A program made the position numbers and the translations under genes. Positions 8,570-14,604 of a stretch of 20,000 bases of DNA are shown here, piece after piece. The stretch's first letter is position 1, and each line of letters opens with the position of its first letter. The notes below the pieces were generated by a model. The model made no database searches and was not told where the DNA came from. It was given only the letters and a program-made list of their open reading frames with translations. The DNA is from an uncultured virus (IMG/VR IMGVR_UViG_3300021431_000017) (lineage: Duplodnaviria; Heunggongvirae; Uroviricota; Caudoviricetes). The stretch lies in the IMG/VR virus record IMGVR_UViG_3300021431_000017. One strand, 5' to 3'.

Positions 8570-10747
8570 ATGGCATATACAAAAACTCAGTGGGTAAATA
8601 ACGAAGAACCGAGCATCAACGCAGAGAACCTGAACAAGATGGAGCAGGGTATTTATGATGCTCAGTTTCCTGATGAGGGTGATGAAGGGCAGGTGCTTAC
8701 GAAAACCGCATCAGGTCAGGCGTGGGGAACTCTAAGTGCAACGAATGTCGAAACATCAAGCGATGTCGCTATTAAGTCGGTGAGTGGAAACCCAGTTACT
8801 ATCGCTGATGCTCTACAAGGGAAAGCGTTAGGAGTGAATACGACACTTGAACCTATTCAAGACCTTCACGGCTACGACCATCCATGGGCAGGGGGCGCAG
8901 GAAAAAACAAGTTGAAAGTGAACACCACATCAGTTACTAGAGGTGGTATTACTTTTACCGTTAATGATGATGGGAGTGTGAAGATAGAAGGCACAACAAA
9001 TAGTTCAAATGTATTCATTAATATGAACTATGTGGCAAATACACTAGGCATACCAGTAGGCACATGGAAAATCGGATTGCTTAGTGACGACCCAAGAATC
9101 AGTATAAGAGGATATGTGACTGCAAATTCTGTAGAAACTCGGGCCGAAGCATTTGGCATGGATTTTGAAACAGTGACAGTGCCAAACGATGCCACGCAAT
9201 CACATGTTCGAGTACAAATCAGTATCACTGGAATTACTATAAATACAACCGTTTATCCAATGATTCTGTCGGGCGATGAAACAGATACCTCTTGGGCACC
9301 CTACTCCAACATCTGTCCTATCAGCGGAAGAACGCAGGTGGATGTAAACAGGACAGGGAAGAATCTGCTAGATAATACGCTTTGCACACCGAGGACAACC
9401 GGTGGCGTCACAAGGATTATCAACTCTGACGGGACGATAACGTTGAACGGCACTTCGACGGGTGCCTCGATATGGTGGCGGTCGGCTGACAACATGAACG
9501 TACCGTTTAAAGCAGGGACGTACGTGGTATCGGTACAGCCGTCTGATGATTTACAGATACAGCTATTGTTCAAAAACGCTGGTTCGAAGTGGAACGAATT
9601 CACTCTTAATGAGGACGATGTACTGACTAATGTCCGCTACTTAATTACTATCGGAACAGTCTTCAATAATGTTGTAACGAAGCCAATGATTCGCCTAGCA
9701 TCTGAAACAGACGCAACGTTCGAGCCATACAACAGGCAAACCGTAACCGTTCAGTTAGGTCAGACAGTCTATGGTGGTACTTTGGATGTAACAAACGGAG
9801 AACTTACGGTTGAGAAGGAGTATGTGGATTTGGGTACGTTGAAATGGTCAAAAAATAGTTCAAACAGAAGTGTTTTTCAAGCGTCTATCGATTCCAAAGA
9901 AACAGGGATGGATAACATAGTATGCTCGAATTACATAACTGTTAATTCAAGTTCAGTAGGTCTAATTCCTAATGGGGCGATTAGAGGACACGCAACTAAT
10001 AAAGCGGTATACATACACGATGACACATACGCTTCTATTTGGGATAACGGTGATGTTGCCGACTTTAAAACCGCCATGAACGGAGTTCAACTCTGCTACG
10101 AACTCGCCACACCTCAAACCATCCAACTGACACCTGCACAGGTTAGCCTTCTGACAGGAACAAATATTATCACAACCAATGCAGATGATTTGTCTGTCAT
10201 GTATTACGCAACTGGAAAAGGTGACGTTGAGGGAAGCCTGTCATTCCTATTAGAAAAAACTGTGAGAAACGAGACATCCATAAATTCCCTTGCAGGTTCG
10301 CTTGCAATGGTAGAAACATCACCTGCAACAACTAATCATGCAGTGGGAGATTTGATAGTCTACAATAATCAACTTTATGAAGTGACTGTGGCGATTGCGA
10401 CTGGCGAAACGCTGACGGTTGGAACAAACATTTCTGCAACCAAAATGGGCGATCAGTTATCGGAATTATCCGATGGTTTTCATAAGTTTGGGGCATCTTC
10501 ACCATCAGGATTGACTATTACAGTTCCGAACTCTTATCGAGGCATTGTATTTTTTACAGATTCGTCTGCTCAGAGATGTGGACAGATTATTCTATTTTCA
10601 AATGGCTCTGGCTCAGTTAGTTATGCAACGGTTTTAGCACCCGGGGACATTACTTTAAAAACTGGAACTAATAGTTTGATTGTCATTCCGACTGCAGGCA
10701 CAAGAAGATTATTTGCCATCGACGTAGCTGGAACGCTAACGATATAA
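8570..10747 (+). CDS. tail fibre / receptor-binding protein
   Basis: 725 aa. N-terminal MAYTKTQWVN...INAENLNKMEQGI anchor motif, two GKN(K/L)L...N.DG(S/T)...GT beta-sandwich repeats, YELATP motif and a short beta-rich C-terminal tip. Confidence 0.75.
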   Translation: MAYTKTQWVNNEEPSINAENLNKMEQGIYDAQFPDEGDEGQVLTKTASGQAWGTLSATNVETSSDVAIKSVSGNPVTIADALQGKALGVNTTLEPIQDLHGYDHPWAGGAGKNKLKVNTTSVTRGGITFTVNDDGSVKIEGTTNSSNVFINMNYVANTLGIPVGTWKIGLLSDDPRISIRGYVTANSVETRAEAFGMDFETVTVPNDATQSHVRVQISITGITINTTVYPMILSGDETDTSWAPYSNICPISGRTQVDVNRTGKNLLDNTLCTPRTTGGVTRIINSDGTITLNGTSTGASIWWRSADNMNVPFKAGTYVVSVQPSDDLQIQLLFKNAGSKWNEFTLNEDDVLTNVRYLITIGTVFNNVVTKPMIRLASETDATFEPYNRQTVTVQLGQTVYGGTLDVTNGELTVEKEYVDLGTLKWSKNSSNRSVFQASIDSKETGMDNIVCSNYITVNSSSVGLIPNGAIRGHATNKAVYIHDDTYASIWDNGDVADFKTAMNGVQLCYELATPQTIQLTPAQVSLLTGTNIITTNADDLSVMYYATGKGDVEGSLSFLLEKTVRNETSINSLAGSLAMVETSPATTNHAVGDLIVYNNQLYEVTVAIATGETLTVGTNISATKMGDQLSELSDGFHKFGASSPSGLTITVPNSYRGIVFFTDSSAQRCGQIILFSNGSGSVSYATVLAPGDITLKTGTNSLIVIPTAGTRRLFAIDVAGTLTI

Positions 10748-10849
10748 ACATGTAAGTTAGGTTTTGGCAGATAGGGATATGAAATAGTATCGTGAGACTG
10801 GTTGCCATGTAATATTGTGTCGTATAAACATTCCTACTTAAATCAGCAT

Positions 10850-10881
10850 TTAGTGCAAAATATTCGATTTTTTTGCACTAA
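10850..10881. repeat. perfect 11-bp inverted repeat (possible terminator or protein-binding site)
   Basis: TTAGTGCAAAA-N10-TTTTGCACTAA, extendable by TCAG/CTGA. No U-tract after the stem. Confidence 0.6.
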
Positions 10882-10922
10882 CTGAATATATGGTGCAATA
10901 ATGCAGTAAGTTCAAGCAAATT

Positions 10923-11097
10923 AAATCGGTGGCGGAATAGGTAGACGCTATTTGGTTCAACTCCAAGCATAAGGGCGCACGACTTAATGGGTAACCCGGC
11001 TGAATATGGCTGTCGTGTGTACACTGGGCAGGCTCATGGCAAGTCTAGTCATGTACTGGTAGGCATGATATGCAGAGTGCAAATCTCTGCCCGATTT
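10923..11097 (+). ncRNA. tRNA-Leu-like element, copy 1 (expanded core)
   Basis: Acceptor-like stem AAATCGG/CCGATTT. D-arm TG-GCG-GAATAGGTAGA-CGC. T-arm GCAGAG-TGCAAAT-CTCTGC. 123-nt multi-hairpin core. Confidence 0.75.
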
Positions 11098-11139
11098 AGT
11101 TGCAAGTTACAGGCAAATTAAAAAAGCCGAAATTTCCTT

Positions 11140-11168
11140 ACTTAAAATCAAAAAATATGATTTTAAGT
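11140..11168. repeat. perfect 11-bp inverted repeat
   Basis: ACTTAAAATCA-N7-TGATTTTAAGT. Confidence 0.6.
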
Positions 11169-11212
11169 TAAACAAAATCAAGTTAGAATTTAGGAAAGTG
11201 AGGATACTAAAA

Positions 11213-11512
11213 ATGAAATACATTGTAAGCGAAATTCAATCATTCGCAACTGGACAGGTGAACGTTCTCAATACCGCTCACAATGCCAGAGAAGACGCAG
11301 AAGCAAAGTTTTATACACTCTGTGCAGGTGGATGCAAAACATCTCTTCCGAATTACACAATAACGCTTTTTACGGATGAGGGATTTATTCTTGATACCAA
11401 AAATTTCAAGCACAATGTTCAGCCAGAACCAGAGCAAGAACCAGAAGTTGCTCCTGTAGAAGATTCCACAGAAACTCAAACTGATTCTGAGGAAAACCAA
11501 GAAACGGCATAA
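11213..11512 (+). CDS. hypothetical phage protein with acidic C-terminal tail
   Basis: ATG at 11213 preceded by GTGAGGA is preferred over the GTG at 11198. 99 aa, located between the fibre and lysis genes. Confidence 0.7.
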   Translation: MKYIVSEIQSFATGQVNVLNTAHNAREDAEAKFYTLCAGGCKTSLPNYTITLFTDEGFILDTKNFKHNVQPEPEQEPEVAPVEDSTETQTDSEENQETA

Positions 11513-11537
11513 AGTATCAAACCCCTCGATACTTAGC

Positions 11538-11674
11538 ATACACGGTGACGGAATAGGTAGACGTGTTCATTTAGCGGTGATGACCAACACCCACATCAAA
11601 CATTAACCTCTTTAAAAACAGGGAAGTCTGGAACGCTTTACAGATATGATAGGTGCAAATCCTATCCCGTGTAT
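11538..11674 (+). ncRNA. tRNA-Leu-like element, copy 2
   Basis: Stem ATACACGG/CCGTGTAT. D-arm TG-ACG-GAATAGGTAGA-CGT (compensatory change versus the other copies). T-arm GATAGG-TGCAAAT-CCTATC. 83-nt core. Confidence 0.75.
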
Positions 11675-11692
11675 TATCAAAGGAGATTACAT

Positions 11693-13210
11693 ATGAATAA
11701 CTTATGTTTACCGATGAAGGTAATTAATATAACTCAGCATAGCGCAGGTTCTTATTCACACCCTAACAACTGTCTTGATTTAGCAGGTGTTGATAGTGGT
11801 GTGGATTTTGCTTTTGCGATGGGAGATTATTGGAAATGTATTTCTGGTCCGTGGGGAAGTCATACATATTTCTTCACCTGTACAGACGCAAAAGGAAACG
11901 CTGTAAAAGTACATTGTGCTGATAATGTTGACCGTGTTGTTACCGTGGCTATGACACACTCTAATTTTCAGTACGTTAAAGCACCGATTATTGGAAAGAT
12001 TTATAAAAACGGCGAGCCTATTTATGAAGAAGGTACTTACGGACAAGCAACCGGAAATCATATTCATTATGAAGTAGCAAGTGGTTTACAGTATTCTAAA
12101 TACAAGGATGAAACACTTGGTGTTTATCGCATGCACAATGAATTGATGCCCGAAATGGTTTGCTTTATCTGTGATGCATTTTCTACAGTAGCAAACATGG
12201 GCGGAGCGATTATGAAGCATTGCGCTACGGTAGAATATCAGAAGAAAAAGGAAATGTTAAAAGACGGATATAATCAGTATGTTTATCAGAATGTAACTAT
12301 TCATACCTATAAACAGACTACAGAAAAAATTGCTATTGTATCTTGTGAATATGGAAGTGTTTGTAATATTGAAGACGTAAAAATTTCACATAAGAAAATT
12401 AAAGCGGTCATGAATGCAAACTATTTCTTAATGTCCGGTGGCGGTGGTTATTTAGGGAGAGTACAAGGATATAAAAATAACTCTACAGACAAGATTGATG
12501 CTAGACCTGCAAATCCTGCTGAGAACGGCGCACCTGCTGATAAACCGTATATGGACTTAGTTTTTACAAAAACAGGAAATATTGTAATTGGTGATTTGTA
12601 TTCTTGGGAATATCCAATTAATGAAGTAGTGTTTGGAACATCTCCAGCAGGTGTTGAAATTCAAAACGGCGTGTCTGTAAATAAATATTCACCTGCTGTA
12701 GGGTATGGAAAGATTGTAAATAGCAATACTCAATCTGTATTAATTAGAGATAATGATGGTAAATTTGCATTCGCAACAGTTGAAAATGGTTTAGCACCTA
12801 TTCCAGACTTACGAGATTGGGGACTCATCTTCGGATTTGACCATATGTCAGTTTATGATTCCGGTGGTTCTACTCAATTAATGGTAGACGGAAAAATTAA
12901 ACAACGTAGCACGGATAAATCCCCTAGAAAATGTCCGGTATGGCTCGTAATGTATGAAGATGCTGAAGATGAACAAGAATATCCAGAAAATGCTATCGGA
13001 ACAATTCATTGCGTAAACAGCGGTATGAACATTCGTACTGACATTCGTGGTGATATTAAACATACAGTACGTAAAGGCGAAACTTGTGAATTATTACAGT
13101 TTATTGATGGTATTCAATCAGACGGTTATCAATGGGTTATGACAAGATACAATGGTATCTGTGGTTATTCTCAACTTGATACAAATGTCTGTTGGATAGA
13201 ACTAGATTAG
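11693..13210 (+). CDS. modular endolysin: M23-like peptidase + phosphodiester glycosidase (NAGPA/DUF2233-like) + SH3b-like domain
   Basis: ATG at 11693 after AAGGAG. M23-like motifs SHPNNCLDL and G.ATGNHIHYE, NAGPA-like motifs NANYF and DSGGSTQL, SH3b-like C-terminus MNIRT...DGYQW...GYSQ. Adjacent to the holin. Confidence 0.75.
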   Translation: MNNLCLPMKVINITQHSAGSYSHPNNCLDLAGVDSGVDFAFAMGDYWKCISGPWGSHTYFFTCTDAKGNAVKVHCADNVDRVVTVAMTHSNFQYVKAPIIGKIYKNGEPIYEEGTYGQATGNHIHYEVASGLQYSKYKDETLGVYRMHNELMPEMVCFICDAFSTVANMGGAIMKHCATVEYQKKKEMLKDGYNQYVYQNVTIHTYKQTTEKIAIVSCEYGSVCNIEDVKISHKKIKAVMNANYFLMSGGGGYLGRVQGYKNNSTDKIDARPANPAENGAPADKPYMDLVFTKTGNIVIGDLYSWEYPINEVVFGTSPAGVEIQNGVSVNKYSPAVGYGKIVNSNTQSVLIRDNDGKFAFATVENGLAPIPDLRDWGLIFGFDHMSVYDSGGSTQLMVDGKIKQRSTDKSPRKCPVWLVMYEDAEDEQEYPENAIGTIHCVNSGMNIRTDIRGDIKHTVRKGETCELLQFIDGIQSDGYQWVMTRYNGICGYSQLDTNVCWIELD

Positions 13211-13219
13211 GAGGTAATC

Positions 13220-13444
13220 ATGAAATTGTCCAATGAAACTTATGATGTACTTAAATGGATTGCACAGATTTTTCTGCCCGCACTCGGTACGCTTTACTTT
13301 GCTTTGGCAAGTATTTGGGGACTGCCGTATGGCGAACAGATTGTCGGTACAATTACCGCCTTAGATGCGTTTTTAGGTGCATTACTTCAGATTTCTACTG
13401 ATGCATACAATAAAGATAAAAATAAAATTAATGGTGTGAAATGA
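13220..13444 (+). CDS. holin (Dp-1 family)
   Basis: 74 aa with two hydrophobic helices and a basic C-terminus. MKLSNETYDVLKWIAQIFLPALGTLYFALA..WGLPY signature. Confidence 0.9.
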   Translation: MKLSNETYDVLKWIAQIFLPALGTLYFALASIWGLPYGEQIVGTITALDAFLGALLQISTDAYNKDKNKINGVK

Positions 13445-13641
13445 AAATTTGCGACTTTACAGTGCCAGAACTTGACCGCTTTAGAGAACTATGTAATTTT
13501 ACGGACGATGAACGTATGTATTTTGATTTAAGAGCCAAAAATAAATCAAATGTTCAGATTGCCTATGAGATGAACGTCTCTGAATCCACCGTTTCAGTAC
13601 TGGCACGTAAAGTCAAAAAGAAAATTGTTCGCATTATCTAA
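13441..13641 (+). CDS. small LuxR/GerE- or sigma region 4-like HTH DNA-binding protein
   Basis: 66 aa. FTDDE...KSNVQIAYEMNVSESTVS...KVKKKI helix-turn-helix pattern. Confidence 0.8.
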   Translation: MKICDFTVPELDRFRELCNFTDDERMYFDLRAKNKSNVQIAYEMNVSESTVSVLARKVKKKIVRII

Positions 13642-13646
13642 AAATG

Positions 13647-13655
13647 TGTTATACT
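13647..13655 (+). promoter_or_regulatory. extended -10 promoter for the tRNA/ncRNA island
   Basis: TG-T-TATACT about 28 nt upstream of element copy 3. The same 9-mer occurs at 19696-19704. Confidence 0.55.
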
Positions 13656-13682
13656 ATGTATAGCACATTTGTGCTTTAAGTA

Positions 13683-13785
13683 CTTCGGTGGCGGAATAGG
13701 TAGACGCTAAAGTTAGATAGATAATTCCTAAACTGGTTGGCGACAGATGCGAGTTATCATGCAGGGTGCAAATCCCTGCCCGAAG
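13683..13785 (+). ncRNA. tRNA-Leu-like element, copy 3 (no anticodon arm)
   Basis: Stem CTTCGG/CCGAAG. D-arm TG-GCG-GAATAGGTAGA-CGC. Long hairpin GATAATTC/GAGTTATC. T-arm GCAGGG-TGCAAAT-CCCTGC. 53-nt core. Confidence 0.75.
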
Positions 13786-13852
13786 AATTAGAAGGAAAAC
13801 TATAAACCCGTTTAAACTACGTAGAAAGTTTCCGTGACTGGTATTTAGTCTA

Positions 13853-13924
13853 GGTATCTAACACGTTTTACCAAAATGGGCAAACATAGCGTATAGATAC
13901 TGAATTCCGGAAAATGTTTGTCCG
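13853..13924 (+). ncRNA. predicted H-type pseudoknot RNA
   Basis: Stem 1: GGTATCTA..ACGTT (13853-13867) pairs with AGCGT.TAGATACT (13888-13901). Stem 2: TGGGCAAACAT (13877-13887) pairs with ATGTTTGTCCG (13914-13924). Confidence 0.5.
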
Positions 13925-13930
13925 AGTTAT

Positions 13931-13999
13931 TCCTGAATAGTTCAATGGTAGAACACATGACTATATCGTGATATGTGGGTTCAATTCCCACTTCAGGTG
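13931..13999 (+). tRNA. aberrant tRNA with a 5-nt anticodon loop (Asn/Gln-like body, undetermined identity)
   Basis: Acceptor TCCTGAA/TTCAGGT+G, D-arm GTTC/GAAC and T-arm GTGGG-TTCAATT-CCCAC are all intact. The anticodon arm is CATGA-CTATA-TCGTG. Confidence 0.7.
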
Positions 14000-14100
14000 C
14001 GCCGGATTGACCAACGTTGACGTCATTAAAACGTGGTGGGCGAGTGCTATCGTCAGCAGAGAAAATAGCATGTGGTTGTTGGTGCATCAACAACCAAAAC

Positions 14101-14175
14101 CCCCGTATATGCTTAACAGGTTAAAGGGTACCCCTTATAAGGGTAAGAGTGGTGGTTCGAGTCCACCTGCGGGGA
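14101..14175 (+). tRNA. tRNA-Ile (anticodon TAT)
   Basis: Acceptor CCCCGTA/TGCGGGG+A, anticodon arm TACCC-CTTATAA-GGGTA, T-arm GGTGG-TTCGAGT-CCACC. The D-arm is irregular (extra T, 3-bp stem). No encoded CCA. Confidence 0.8.
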
Positions 14176-14178
14176 CGC

Positions 14179-14251
14179 GCCGACTTAGCTCAATTGGTAG
14201 AGCAACTGCCTTGTAAGTAGTAAGTTAGGGGTTCAAGTCCTCTAGTCGGCA
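14179..14251 (+). tRNA. tRNA-Thr (anticodon TGT)
   Basis: Full cloverleaf: GCCGACT/AGTCGGC+A, GCTC/GAGC, ACTGC-CTTGTAA-GTAGT, AGGGG-TTCAAGT-CCTCT. Confidence 0.95.
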
Positions 14252-14252
14252 T

Positions 14253-14323
14253 TCCCGTGTAGTTCAACGGTAGAACAAGTGGCTTTGACCCACTCGATAC
14301 AAGTTCAACTCTTGTCACGGGTG
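14253..14323 (+). tRNA. tRNA-Gln (anticodon TTG)
   Basis: TCCCGTG/CACGGGT+G with a T1-T72 mismatch, GTTC/GAAC, AGTGG-CTTTGAC-CCACT, ACAAG-TTCAACT-CTTGT. Confidence 0.9.
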
Positions 14324-14394
14324 CTATTATATGTTATATTAAAAATGCCTTATCGAATCGGAACCCTTACTCAGGTTTTCGCCTCCATTTTTGG

Positions 14395-14432
14395 GATACT
14401 GCAAGTTGCCATGACTTGCAGTATTTTTTTTT
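14395..14432 (+). terminator. rho-independent terminator closing the RNA island
   Basis: GATACTGCAAGTTG/TGACTTGCAGTATT stem running into a T9 tract. Confidence 0.9.
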
Positions 14433-14434
14433 AT

Positions 14435-14467
14435 ACAATTTTTTAACAATTTCTTAATAAGTTGACT
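14435..14467 (+). promoter_or_regulatory. three direct repeats at 11-bp period abutting a TTGACT hexamer
   Basis: ACAATTT at 14435, ACAATTT at 14446, ATAAGTT at 14457. TTGACT at 14462-14467 has no canonical -10 at 17 bp. Confidence 0.45.
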
Positions 14468-14604
14468 GCTTGCTTTTAAAGTACGCTAAAAGCGTGAAAA
14501 GAGAGCGAATATGCGTGATATTAGTGAGTACTTGACAAATACTATGCAAAAAGACAAATGCTCGTCTATGAGTGCTTTTTTGACGCTACACGAAGAGGTA
14601 AATA

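Noticed and set aside
10748..10860. Inverted alternative tail-fibre tip cassette (shufflon-like)
   Set aside because: I found no matching crossover repeat inside the fibre gene, no convincing minus-strand domain and no invertase in the window.
10923..13785. Reading the tRNA-like elements as tmRNA, intron-containing tRNAs, cobalamin riboswitches or twister-sister ribozymes
   Set aside because: They have a full D-stem and no Ala acceptor or tag ORF. The cores are too short for group I/II introns. Only the GTGCAAATC T-loop is shared with the riboswitch or ribozyme, whose other conserved elements I could not find in the right arrangement.
13956..13970. Amber suppressor tRNA (CTA in the loop) and stop-codon recoding
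   Set aside because: CTA is not at positions 34-36 of a 7-nt loop. TAG ends several genes at sensible boundaries (621, 1814, 5627, 13210, 15591) and long ORFs are intact in the standard code.
13845..14216. ORFs 13845-14093 (-) and 13968-14216 (+)
   Set aside because: They overlap clear tRNA cloverleaves and structured RNA and lack an RBS.
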